A stretch of DNA of 63,334 nucleotides, counting the filler, from Octopus bimaculoides (lineage: Eukaryota), in the NCBI RefSeq assembly GCF_001194135.2. It is 4 parts of 4 records of this genome, joined end to end, with 100 filler letters (N's around TTAATTAATTAA, not from the genome) between each part and the next. Parts side by side here need not be neighbours in the genome. Positions count along the whole stretch, not along the records: positions 17,337 to 38,918 come from NC_068981.1; 3 more parts are not named here. The stretch is one strand, 5' to 3'. Below the pieces are notes generated by a model, which was not told the DNA's origin, did no database searches, and saw only the letters and a program-made list of their open reading frames with translations. Shown in pieces: positions 24,436 through 36,725 of the stretch (the stretch's first letter is position 1; each line of letters starts with the position of its first letter). Made by a program: the position numbers and the translations under genes.

Positions 24436-24445
24436 CGGCCGCCAT
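24436..24445 (-). CDS. Probable first coding exon (M-A-A + 1 nt) of an unidentified gene
   Basis: aaaacATGGCGGCCG|GTAACA: strong start context (YY1-like ATGGCGGC) directly followed by a GT donor, phase 1, compatible with the 22285 exon. Confidence 0.5.
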
Positions 24446-25375
24446 GTTTTTCAATTGGTATTAAACGAGGTTGTTTACAGTTTAGCAGAAAGTAGGTCAT
24501 CATTAAGTAGTAAATTTGCTGAAAATTATTCGATGTTCTTTTTGTTTATTATTTTTTCCCTATTTTTTTGTTTTATTTATTTATTTATTTATTCTTATTC
24601 TATTTTTGTTTTGTTTTTCAATACAAGCCCAAACAAACACGTTATAATTGAGGACGAGAGGCGGGGCGAATCGGAGGCGGAACTGTACAGGAAGAAAATG
24701 CAAGCTCTCATATTGAAACAGCTAAACATATTGAAATTTTATAAGTAAACACTGAAACATGTGCAAGAGAAAAAACAACGGGGAGAAAAATAGCACATTT
24801 GTACATCTATTCATTAACTCTATATATTTCTCTCTCCTTTTCTTTTTTTCTTTTCTTCTTTCTTTCTCCTCTCTCCTCTTTTTCTCAAACTCACGCAGAA
24901 AATCCCATGTGAATACACACGTATGTGTGGGTGTACTCAACCATTTACTTGTTATCTGGGCATATAAAAAGAAAAAAAAACAAGGAATGAAGAAAACATG
25001 GTTAAGCGATAGGAAAAAGAAAAATACATCGATACTTTGTAACTTTACCTACAAGCAGAAACACTAATGATTTTTCTCATTATAGAAACAGCGTGAGTGA
25101 TGTAAAGTTTAAGTAGATGGCAATAGCACTAGACCACTTAGGAGAACCAAACTTGTTGATATTAACGTCAGTAAGCCTATTTGATATTGCCATTAAATAT
25201 GTGTTGAAACACCTACAAGGAAATGTTTAAAACGGAAAGATTTTGTGAAAAACCGCACTCCTCCCTAACGCACATTCCAACATATACACACAGCTCTCAA
25301 ACACAAACGATATTATACAGAGGTAAGATTTGTTTCAATGGCTTAGTTTAGGGAGAAGATGGCGAGAGGGCGGAA
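24446..25375. promoter_or_regulatory. Candidate bidirectional promoter region
   Basis: YY1-like start motifs point outward at both ends (AAACATGGCGGC minus at about 24445; AAGATGGCG plus at 25356-25364). GC-box-like GAGGCGGGGCG/GGAGGCGGAA near 24658-24681. ETS-like CGGAAGT at 25371-25377. Confidence 0.35.
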
Positions 25376-25887
25376 GTAACTTATTCGCAGACTGGAGACA
25401 TAGCTCGAATGCTTACGATAGAGAAGAGTCCTCTTGAGATAGTTACGGTATAGACGGTGTTGCTAAATCGAGAAGATTGTCTACCAATCAAAAACTGGCT
25501 GTTTTACCCTGTTATTCCTCTCTATTTAACAATATTTATTAATTCACGGTTTTATTGCAATCCACGCCAATGCATTATGACTTCCACACAACTTCTGTTT
25601 CTAAATTTATATAATAAAGTATTGGTCGACCCGATGTTGTAATGGTAAATACTTGTCCAAGTTATGTAACTGTAGGATTGAATTCGAAATCATGTAATCG
25701 CTCATCACGTTGCTTAGCCACACACCTACCCTGGCAACCATTTGTAATATGTGAATAGGTGCGTGTTGTGATTTTATTTCGAGCGATAATTTTGTAGATA
25801 ATTTCAGTACGAGCAGAACATGTGATATGGTGTTTTAATTTCGAACGAATAGTTTTCTTGGTTTGTTGCTTATTTATTAGCTTTAGA

Positions 25888-26273
25888 GTGGAGGCGCAAT
25901 GGACCAGTAGTTAGGGCAGCGGACTTGTGGTCATAGGATTGCGGTTTCGATTCCCAGACCGGGCGTTGTGAGTGTTTATTGAGCGAAAACACCTAAAAGC
26001 TCCACGAGGCTCCAGCAGGGGATGGTGGCGAACCCTGCTGTACTCTTTCACCACAACTTTCTTTCACTCCTACTTCCTGTTTCTGTTGTGCCTGTAATTC
26101 AAAGGGTCAGCCTTGTCACACTGTGTCATGCTGAATCTCCCCGAGAACTACGTTAAGGGTACACGTATATGTGGAGTGCTCAGCCACTTGCACGTTAATT
26201 TCACGAGCAGGCTGTTCCGTTGATCGGATCAACTGGAACCCTCGACGTCGTAAGCGACGGCGTGCCAATAACA
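25888..26273 (+). mobile_element. SINE family C (tRNA head + conserved central core), full length
   Basis: gtggaggcgcaatgg...ggtttcgattccc head; core gtcacactgtgtcatgctgaatctccccgagaactacgttaagggtacacg...ttaatttcacgagcaggctgttccgttgatcggatc. Confidence 0.88.
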
Positions 26274-27353
26274 ATTAGCTTTAGAAAATAATATTGATGT
26301 TTATTCAACTGCAATATATACATCACCGTGTCACGATGTAGACTAGACTATCGGATGTTGATATACATCACTGGTCACAATGAGCTTCGTATTATTTTAT
26401 CTTTCGAATGATGCTAATCCGCTGGCGAGGCGAGTAGGCCAACATTCCTGATCGGAAGGCTGTTCTGTCGCAGGGTTACCTATTCACAGATGAGTGGAGG
26501 GAACAACGTGAAACGAAGTATTTTGCTAATGAAAACAACGCGTCGCCCAATTCGGGATCCGACTTCATGATGACCTAACAATGCGAGTGCAATACTCTAA
26601 CCACTAGGCCACGCGCCTTTACATGATATATACATACCAATTGATAAACAAAGTGTAAAAAGCATATAAGGATGCAATGTTTCTGCTTTAACGGTTATAA
26701 ATAGGAAGATCCGTTGGTAAAGATGTTCAGAAGATTGGCATACAAGCATCTACAGAGTTGTGCATTGACATTCATTTATATTTAGTTCAGTTAGCAGAAA
26801 GGCCGTGTGTTTGACCCTCTCAGACTAAGACCCGTGAGACCTATATAGTTGATGTGAACGGAATAAGAAGAATTACAAATATGTTTATATTATGAAGTAA
26901 AATATTCGCAATGTTCTGAAAGTAGACGAATATGTATCAATTGTATCTGCAACATTTAAACGCTTTGGAACGGCGAAAGAGAAACGCACACAGTTGCCTT
27001 AGACGTTCATCAGATTTTAACAAAATTTCGTCAAACATAAACGTAACAATAGAAAAGAGCAGTATTTGTTTGGATAACGGCTGAAAAGAGATAAGTTTTA
27101 GTAACTTGTGGCGACACCTGGTTTAGTAGTTAGGATTTTAAACATATGATCATAAGGTTGTGGTTTCGATTCCTGGACCAGACTACGCGTTGTGTTCTCG
27201 AGCAAAACACTTCATTTCACGCCAGTTCACTTAGCTGGCAAAAATGAGTAATCCTGCGACGGACCACCGTCCCGACCAGACGGGGAATATATACGCCAAG
27301 GAAATCGAGGAAACAGTCCTACGAGTCAATATCACTCAGGAATGATCATTAAC

Positions 27354-27459
27354 CTGGATATTTTCGTTCCCATAATCTTCTAAAATCTCCAACAAAGAAA
27401 CAGTAAGTTCTGGAAATAGTTGACGGTATTTACGAAAGAAATCACAAGCAATATTTGTT
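27354..27459 (-). CDS. Possible exon, unidentified helical protein
   Basis: cgttgcAG acceptor, CAG|GTTAAT donor; 106 nt reading TNIACDFFRKYRQLFPELTVSLLEILEDYGNENIQ; phase-compatible with a candidate exon at 27080-26990. Confidence 0.3.
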
Positions 27460-27749
27460 CTGCAACGAATTATTATTATTATTATTAATATCTCGATTAT
27501 TATTACCGCAGATAGAAAGATGGGTTGAAAACATGTAATCAACGACTCTAATGCTCCTACCCCTCATTTTCAAGCTTTTCTCACACACTTAGACACGATA
27601 TGCTAAAGTTCCTTGACAATTTGGAAAGGATGTGAGCTACACATAGGTCTTACCGTTGCCGTGACCATTTCTATTTACTCCGGTTTGATAAAGTTGATCA
27701 AGGTGCAACCATTCCAAATTTTTCACTCGTAGTGTATCTAGAACTACTT

Positions 27750-27786
<37 letters not shown>

Positions 27787-28027
27787 ACATACACGTGCGT
27801 GTGTGTGTACGTAAATGTATATCTGTATGTATATGTATGTGTGTTTAAAATACAATTTCTTGACACTATGTGAACTGGCCATTAAATAGTCGAGGCTTTT
27901 GATTTGGAAGATCGAAGTTGTGATTTTACTTTAGCGCAGTGATTAGTACGGTTACAGGTTTTCTGTCAACAGACAAGGCATGGCGTTTGATTCGCGTTGG
28001 TGATGTTTTTCTCTCTGTCTCCCTCTC

Positions 28028-28058
<31 letters not shown>

Positions 28059-28337
28059 GACTGCTCGGTGGCATTCATTGATTTTTAATTTGTGGCCTGC
28101 CTAGAGCACTTCCATTCGGAATTGTTTTAAATGTTAAAAATTAGAAAATAATGGAGAAAACTATTGCATACTTTCTGATTCAAGAATAGGGTTAACAATC
28201 TTAAGGGAGTGTGATTCTCGATACCACCGACCTCACTACCTTGGAAAAAATGAAAGCAAAGCTCGGAAGGATTTGAACTAAAATAGCAAAGAGCCGGAAG
28301 AAGTAACGCGAAACAGTATTTCCGGTGCGCTAAGGTT

Positions 28338-28566
28338 TTTTGTCTTTATTGCCCACAAGGGGCTAAACATAGAGGGGACAAACAAGGACAGAGAAAGGGA
28401 TTAAGTCGGTCACATGGACCCCAGTGCGTAACTGGTACTTAAGTTATCGACCCCGAAAGGATGAAAGGCAAAGTCAACCTCGGCGGAATTTGAACTCAGA
28501 ACATAAAGAGAGACGAAATACCGATAAGCATTTCGCCCGGCGCGCTAACGTTTCAGCCAGATCACC
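28338..28566 (-). mobile_element. SINE family B
   Basis: Reverse complement of 5994-6217 including the cccttgtggg 3' segment. Confidence 0.85.
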
Positions 28567-28787
28567 GTTTTGAAGAACACTTTATTCTAAATATTCAACT
28601 GCTATGTGTATAGATTTTCTAAAGGCTTAAATTATATTTTTAAATATCCCCCACTGACCTACACATTACTTGCAATGCACCAGTGCTCTATATACATCTA
28701 GATATCTGTCAACTAAAGAGTGTTGTTTGGAAGCAATGTAGCGTAACGGAATTTAATGATGTGAATTATTAGCAAATGCCCCAAAAC

Positions 28788-28984
28788 TCTATGTTTCAAT
28801 TAGAAGTTTTACATCAACGCAGGGAATTAATTAAAATATCAACTGACGTTTTCTCGAAAACAAATTTATTACATCCAACTGCTATTGTGCACAACAAAAA
28901 TTTTCGAATTTACGCTGCTGTGGCTGTTTTTCCAAATCATTAATATAACCTTGAAACCATCTCTTATTTCTTTGAAACATAGGG
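28788..28984. mobile_element. Short MITE-like element
   Basis: Inverted termini ctatgtttcaa (28790-28800) and ttgaaacatag (28972-28982) about 190 bp apart. Confidence 0.4.
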
Positions 28985-29306
28985 TGCCCTATCTAACAAA
29001 ATGTGCCCTACTTTTTATATAAGCCGGCGTTATGTGAATTAGGAGGGATTTCGTTACAATTTCTAGCAAGCTGAACGTCCACGGAGAAGCATCAACATTT
29101 ATTTTTTTTTTTTATTGTTGTAAATTTTACCGCTAATAACTTTGCGTAATCTTATTCAGCTTTATTTGAATAATCTAAACATCTGGAAGCAGTGAATTGG
29201 TCTACAAAATCAATTCCTTCAATGAAGTTTTCACTTAATATTTCAAGATGTAACTACTCACCTGTACAGTATTATAGATCGTCTTATTTATTATTACTTA
29301 CAATTG

Positions 29307-29500
29307 AAGGCGACGAGCGAGCGAAATGCTTACCAGTATTTCGTCTGCCGCTACACTCGAAGTTCAAATTCCGCCGAGGTAGACTTTGCTTTTCATCCTT
29401 TTGGAGTCGATGAAATAACTATCAATTACGCACTGGGGGTTGATATAATTGACTAGCCCCCTTTCCCACAAATTTTCCAAGGCCTTGTGCCTAGAGTAGT
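29307..29500 (+). mobile_element. SINE family B
   Basis: gttcaaattccgccgaggtagactttgcttttcatccttttggagtcgat. Confidence 0.8.
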
Positions 29501-31281
29501 AATAATTACTACTTACAGTAAGCAGTCCACGATATTCAAAATGGCTGTAGGGTTTTAAAAGAAATCGAGCAGCTATAAGCACACTCCTTCATAGGTTAGG
29601 TTGCATATTGGTAGAGTGTAGAAGTTCTTTGCCCTTTTACGTTTGCAGACCCCAAAGGATTGCCAGGCTATCGAAATCGTTATCAAAAGTTGCCACATTA
29701 AATGAAGAAAGTGATTTGAAGAGATGCTAACAGTTTGCTTTTACTTTGGATATAGGTATTTAGAAAGAAAAATATCTGGATTATGTCATATTTTTTAAAA
29801 GGAAAAGGATATTAGGGGCCTATTCCTATATCCTCAAACTTCGGTTCTCATACCCACAAAGGGTACTTATACTATCGGTAAATTTTTCGTTTTCTTTTCT
29901 GTAGAAATTTTAGAAATCGAAATCAAATTGTAAATGGCATATAGTATTTTCTGGAGAGCAAGATTTAAGATGCGTTGAAATTATCAATTCCAGTAGATCT
30001 TCTGGAAAATAATTCCATATTTAGATGCTTAAGTGAAGGAAGTTTCTTGCTATATCTTGTGTCATTGCATTGGGCACCAACAGGATGTAAATGCGGGTCC
30101 TAGCAGCAATAAGTCATCTATCTTCCGATCGGTTGCAGAATACATATTTAAATAAAAATCGTTTTTGTTAACCTCGTTATGCCATGAATGAGTAAATCTA
30201 TGATCAAAATCCAGCCTTGACCATCCCGTTTTTTTATTCAGGCATCGTACATGTAAAATACTACGTTAGCCAATGAAGTCTGAAATGTGATATTTATAAG
30301 ACAGTAGGGTGTGATTTAAGAAAGTTTATCTGCTTTTTCTAGCAGGTTGAGCGAACAAGTAGAGGCACCATTGTTAGTTCCAGTTGTTGCTGCAATTTGT
30401 CTTCTTGATGTAGAAGACAGTTTATAACATTTTAACAACATCAGTTTCATCAAACGCAATTATCTCAACAGCTAAGCATTTCGATGAAATCGAGTTGTAT
30501 CTAGTAGACAGTCGCTCATCCATCTGCATTAAACGTGTTAGCGATTTTACATAGCTCTCTATAGTTTTATTACTATAGGAGTGCTTAGCCCACATCCGAT
30601 TTCAATCCATGGCAACACAGCAAATTTCGATTAATTTCTCATAGCCAATTTGCAATTGAATTCTTGATAGATTTGTCCGCCTTAATATTACCATTTATTT
30701 CTGTTATGTCGTTTAAAGTGTTATAGAATTGTAAACAGTATATGAATGTAATGGTCTAATAAGGTCGTAGTTTCTGCTGTTGTTGATGTTTTTATTAATG
30801 TTGTTAGCATCATTACTTGTTTTTGCTGTTTAGTCTCAGTTTAACCCTGCTACGCATAACTATGATCGAAGATCTTCCATCATGACCAGCTCAGTTTTCA
30901 GTGAGACATGATAAAATGTATCTGGGACTACGTTATCCAACTGGTTACAAAACAGAATCAATAGAATATCGATCGAAAAGGAGGTTTAAAGGTTCTCAAA
31001 ATACAATGGGACGAGATAAAATGTTTCCTACGAAACATCGAAATTCCTTTTTCCCTGCGGCATACAAATTTAATAAACTGCACATACTTTACCAAGCAAA
31101 GTATCTGTCCCGCTAATTATTTCCACGAATACATTTTATTTATTAAACGCTGAAAGATATTTAATAAAGCTAGCTATCTACCGAAAAAAAATTGAGGATA
31201 ACTTAAATAATATGGTTAGGGTTAGCTAAAGCCGTGTTGAAGGATTTGGTAGACGGAGACTGAAAGAAGCCTGTCATATAT

Positions 31282-31319
<38 letters not shown>

Positions 31320-31778
31320 CCAAAGGAATCAGTTTATATATACTGACGGGGGTAGAATTTAACTACACCACGTGTATGGTGCAATCATTACTGATAAGCA
31401 ATAAATTCATGCGAAATTGGCATGTCAAACTAATGCCACTCGATTGTGGTGGGGAGGTTGTCTCCACTGTCAGTAAATAGAAAATGTGCNNNNNNNNNNN
31501 NNNNNNNNNNNNNNNNNNNNNNNNNNNNNNNNNNNNNNNNNNNNNNNNNNNNNNNNNNNNNNNNNNNNNNNNNNNNNNNNNNNNNNNNNNNNNNNNNNNN
31601 NNNNNNNNNNNNNNNNNNNNNNNNNNNNNNNNNNNNNNNNNNNNNNNNNNNNNNNNNNNNNNNNNNNNNNNNNNNNNNNNNNNNNNNNNNNNNNNNNNNN
31701 NNNNNNNNNNNNNNNNTGTGTGTGTGTATGTGTGTGTGCGTGTGCGTGTGTGTGCGTGTGCGTGTACATATGTATATA

Positions 31779-31813
<35 letters not shown>

Positions 31814-31880
31814 TTACATATGTGTGTGTGTGTATGTATATATATATATATATATTTACATATGTGTGTGTGTGTGTATG

Positions 31881-31917
<37 letters not shown>

Positions 31918-31979
31918 ATACATGCGTGTGTGTAAATGTGTGCGTGTGTATATATAGATAGATATATGTTTGTGTGTGT

Positions 31980-32195
31980 GTGTGAAGGGGGTATTTTTAT
32001 GCTTTGTGTTTGTCTTCCACCACCGCTTGACAACCAATGTTGGTGTGTTTACGTCCCCGTAAGTTAGCAGTTCAGCAAAAGAGAGCGATAGAATAAGTGC
32101 TAGGTTTAAAAAAAACTGGGATCGGTTCATGCGATTAAAACCTCTTCATGGTTGCAGCCTAATGACTGTAACAAGTAAAAGATAAAAAGATAAAT
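31980..32195 (+). mobile_element. SINE family A, 3' half (5' remnant at about 31245-31290)
   Basis: cgcttgacaacc...gtttacgtccccgtaag...gatagaataagtgctagg...gtaaaagataaaaga. Confidence 0.75.
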
Positions 32196-32799
32196 AAATA
32201 ATTAATCAAGTAAAATAAAGCCTGTAATAAAAAGAAGCCATTAGTATTAATGAAGATAAGGACACAATCTCGAATTTCATTTAAAATTGAAACTAACACC
32301 TTGCTGATTACAGTGATAACTCCGTACATGTTTCTGCCTCATTTGACCTCCTCGGCAAAGCATCGTCTTACTCCTCATTATCTTCCGCAATGAGAATGTA
32401 AAGCTTTTATTTATTAGGCAAATTAAAACAATACTCTGGAAAAATTTTCTCAGGACTGCCCTATGCATGACGAATATATAGTTAAGTGCAGTCTAACATA
32501 ATTTAATAAGCCAAATGTGTGCGTTTCTTCTTTATCCGTCTCTTCTTCCCTCTGATTCCTTCTCTTTTCTGTCAATCAGTTTTACCTCTCCCTTCTCCCA
32601 GACCCAGTCTCTTGTTTCTCCTTCCCTCCTCCCCACTCTGTCCATCCTCCCTTCCCTGTATGAATATTGATATAGTTTCAAGTAATTCAAGCACTCTCAT
32701 GCTTCCAGTGAATTCAAATTTCTACTTTGATGGAAAACATTTGATATTCTAATGTTTCTCTCATCATAGATGTTACGAGGACGACGGTACTGTTGACGC

Positions 32800-33162
32800 T
32801 ATTGTTGTTGCTGCTGTTGTTGTTATTATTGGTGGTGGTGGTGGTGGTGGTGGTGGTATTGATTTTAATAATAATAATAATGATGATGATGATGTCGAGG
32901 ATGAATATTACGACGACGACGACAGAGGGTGGAAATAATGAAAAGGATGCTGCTGTACCTGTTGCTGCTGCTACTGACGAAGACGACAATGCCAATGGCA
33001 CTAATGATGATGATGATGGACATGACGATGACGACGGTGATGATGATGACAACCACCTGGTCCTTGATAATGATGAGCAAATGTAGAACATACTCATAAT
33101 GCTAGTGATGACGATGAAAATGATGAGGATATCGATTATTATTATTATTATTATTATTATTA
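32800..33162. repeat. Compound trinucleotide low-complexity tract (GTT/GGT/AAT/GAT/GAC/ATT)
   Basis: Read directly; generates the spurious Leu/Val/Ile/Asp-rich ORFs. Confidence 0.9.
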
Positions 33163-33165
33163 TTT

Positions 33166-33563
33166 GTGTGGTAAGTAGCTTGCTTCCCAACCACATGGTT
33201 TCGGGTTCAGTCCCATTGCGTGGCACCTTGGTCAAGTGTCTTCTACTATAGCCTCGGACCGACAAAAGCCGTGTGAGTAGATTTGGTAGACGGAAACTAA
33301 AAGAAGCCCGTCGTATATATGTATATGTATATATGTATGTGTGTGTGTGTGTATATATGTTTGTGTGTCTGTGTTTGTCCCCCTAGCATTGCTTGACAAT
33401 CGATGCTGGTGTGGTTATGTCCCCATCACTTAGCGGATCGGCAAAAAGAGACCGATAGAATAAGTACTAGGCTTACAAAGAATAAGTCCCGGGGTCGATT
33501 TGCTCGACTAAAGGCAGTGCTCCAGCATGGCCACAGTCAAATGACTGAAACAAGTAAAAGAGT
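33166..33563 (+). mobile_element. SINE family A, near full length
   Basis: Head tgtgtggtaagtagcttgcttcccaaccacatggtttcgggttcagtccc through tail gaaacaagtaaaagag. Confidence 0.88.
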
Positions 33564-33571
33564 ATTATTAT

Positions 33572-33828
33572 TGAGTGAGAGAGCAGTGCATGGCATCAAA
33601 GTGACACTGGAGTAAAATATACGAAGCCAGTATATCCATCATGACTACCCGTCTGATAAAGGGTACACCAGGCACATGCATCACAACCTTATGTGTGTGA
33701 CATGGTGATCTCATATCGAGATCACCATGACCTTGCAGGTGGGGCCCAATTAGAATTTTTTCTTCAGGTCGAGTAGCCCATCTCACTCAAAAGGTCCCTG
33801 AATAAGGCTTGTTTAAGGAAGTTGAATG
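33572..33828 (+). mobile_element. Repeat family E (SINE-like), also present reversed at about 12640-12800
   Basis: catcaaagtgacactggagtaaaatatacgaag...tgataaagggtacaccaggcacatgc is the reverse complement of 12695-12785. Confidence 0.7.
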
Positions 33829-33833
33829 AAACG

Positions 33834-34186
33834 GGTTCAGTCCCACTGCGTGGAAACCTTGGGCAAGTGTCTTCTACTATAGCCTCGGGCCGACCAAAGC
33901 CTTGTGAGTGGATTTGGTAGACGGAAACTGAAAGAAGCCCGTCGTATATATATGTATGTATATATATGTGAGTGTGTATGTTTGTGTGTCTGTGTTTGTC
34001 CACCCAACATCGCTTGACAACCGATGCTGGTGTGTTCACGTCCCCGTAATTTAGCGGTTCGGCAAAAAAAGAGACCGATAGAATAAGTACTAGGCTTACA
34101 AAGAATAAGTCCTGGGGTCGATTTGCTCGACTAAAGGCGGTGCCCCAGCATGGCCGCAGTCAAATGACTGAAACAAGTAAAAGAGA
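33834..34186 (+). mobile_element. SINE family A, 5'-truncated
   Basis: gggttcagtcccactgcgtgg through gaaacaagtaaaagag. Confidence 0.88.
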
Positions 34187-34310
34187 AACACCCATGCTTC
34201 CAAAGATGAATTATCCAAATTCCAAAGAATTCCTCTCAGTACATGGCCATGACACTCCCCCACTATTTCTGCTCGTGATCAGGGATGCTCATATCATCAG
34301 ACACTAAGGG

Positions 34311-34342
<32 letters not shown>

Positions 34343-36210
34343 CATCGACAACCTCACCCTCATTATCAGTGTTGACGGTGATATATTATTATTGGAAACA
34401 CAATTATCGTTGCTCTTATTATTATTACTGTTATTCTTGTTGTTATTGTACCAGCATATGATTGAAATACGAAACAGCTAAAACATATCAAATATGAATA
34501 TAATTTATGGTGACGGTGTGAGGATGGTGGTCAAGCAGATAATGATGATGACGACGACTATAAAGATGGATGGTGAAGCCGTGATTGTAGTAGCAACAAA
34601 AGTTATACACCCACAACAACAACAAAAAATAATGCATAAATAATTTGGTGATGATGATAAGAAGAAGAAGAAGAACAACAACAACAACGTCAACAACAAC
34701 AACTAGAAGAAGAAGAAGAAGAAGAAGAAGAAGAATCGTGACAAAAAACGTTAACTGTGCTCATTATTATAATTAATGAGCAATTAAACTATTTAATTCG
34801 TACGAGGTTACTGCCTTTCTTTGTTCTACTGCATTACTAGGAGGCCTTACAGGATTACTATAATCGATATCCGTTCATGACTGCAACTGCATTTATAATC
34901 GATACCTGGGAGACTAAAAGATAAAGCTGTTCATGCAATGCCGGGATTTGAACTTAGAACGAAATGGGTCGGGAGTAAATGCCACTAGGCACTTTGTCCA
35001 ACGCTCTAAAGATTCCATTTTGTCCCTGTTACACATATTACTTTGCGTTTTGTGTGAAACATTTACCACTGCTATAAAGATATCTTTGGAATATTTCTCT
35101 TTTCTTCTTTTTGTCCTGATGGAAAAACATGGCGCATAAATCTTCACAAGGTCTTTGTAACAGGTAAGATGGTGGTGGTGGTGGTGGTGGTAGTGGTGGG
35201 GACAAATGATGGTATTTTCAAAGGATTGGGACCTCGTCTGAATGTTTGCAACGAGGTGTACTTGCTGGAGGCACCCAATGTGTTGGGTGTTGAGGGTTAA
35301 ACCGGTTGACTGATTAAGCCTACCACCCAAGTTGTTGCCTTTGTTATCGTCGGTCTTGAACTTTCGCACTTATGATCAAAGACGTTTCAGCGACGAACAT
35401 GCAGTTCTGTCATATTTTTTCCAGACTTTATTATCCAGTAGTTCTGGAATCACATGAGTTAAAGAACTAAGTGATTCTTGAGAAATTTAACTTCCGACTC
35501 GGAGGTTGCTGCTGTTTAACACTTGGATAATATATTTGTTTTTGCAGCGCTGTTTAGTTTAGCAGATATCTGAAAATTTTGAAGTAGTTGGCATTGATTT
35601 GTTTTTGCCCCACCACCACCACACTATTTTTGAATGATGCTAGAAGAGTTCTAGTTTTAATACCAATGGAATGGATTTCCTCTATAGTCCAATCAAATCC
35701 CAGATGTCGTTACCAGTCCTAGTGCAATGAACACGTTGTGGTTTAACATCTTGAATATGAAAGTTCCGACGTTATATATTGAACAATTCGAGTAAATTAT
35801 TTTGTTTTGTTTTTCGCTGTATTTATCTTCACAAAATCTTTTATGTTTTTATGAGTGATATTTTAATCTGTGCCTAAGTATTTATAGCATCCATTCTTCG
35901 AACAACAGGATATACAGAGACCATTGACGTAAATGGTTTTCGTTTGTAAAGCAGTTTTCCTATGTTTAGCTCTATTAATTATTAACATTTCTGCTAGTAA
36001 ATTCCAGCCTTAAGTCGGTTGTAAACGTTGATATTAAAAATCCACCTGTTTCTGAGCATTCTACATAGTTCCTGTGTAGATCTCTAGACTATCAACTAAG
36101 AAACTGTGTGTTCTATAGGTGTTTCTTGCATAAACCACTTAGATTTTGTACAAGAGGTAATAACATCTATACTAAAATAAACAGAAGCACAAGCTGGTTG
36201 CCTCTTTTGA

Positions 36211-36270
<60 letters not shown>

Positions 36271-36725
36271 AGATTTATGACAACTGAAATCTCTTTATGA
36301 AAATGATTGAGTAGGTCTTCAGGAGGTATTCAATGGCAACAATTAAGGTTGTCTTGGTCAGATGCTGTTTTATTTCAATAGACAGAGAACAGAGACATAC
36401 ATCTCTCTGTAATTAAATCATACTGCCGTAAAGTCCCTGAAGTGTTCTTTCTTTTATCTTATAACACTTCTATAATGAACTGCTAAAATTTATTAATTAA
36501 AAGCTGTTTGGTATTTCCTCTCACTCCTTTTCTCTCTGCATTTGAGTTCATCAGTCAATATTTTATTCGACTCACAATGGTCTTGCAGAAATTTATTGAG
36601 ACACTCTGTGTAAAACTTACTTACATAATGTTTAAGCCTCGATCGGCCTATTGGTAAAATTGGCTTTTTTTTTCGATTGAAGAGTACTCATCCTTCGTTA
36701 AGTTAGATTTTGTTAATTTTCCCTT

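Noticed and set aside
25888-25965. tRNA-like sequence (also at 5994, 12192, 48323 and other SINE heads)
   Set aside because: A/B-box-like heads continue directly into multi-copy SINE bodies; no clean cloverleaf or acceptor stem.
28870-28970. Exon-like minus frame NKRWFQGYINDLEKQPQQ
   Set aside because: Lies inside a segment bounded by inverted termini (MITE-like).
32793-33086. Asp-rich acidic ORF resembling a biomineralisation protein
   Set aside because: Patchwork of trinucleotide microsatellites with no splice or start context; both strands give similar low-complexity ORFs.
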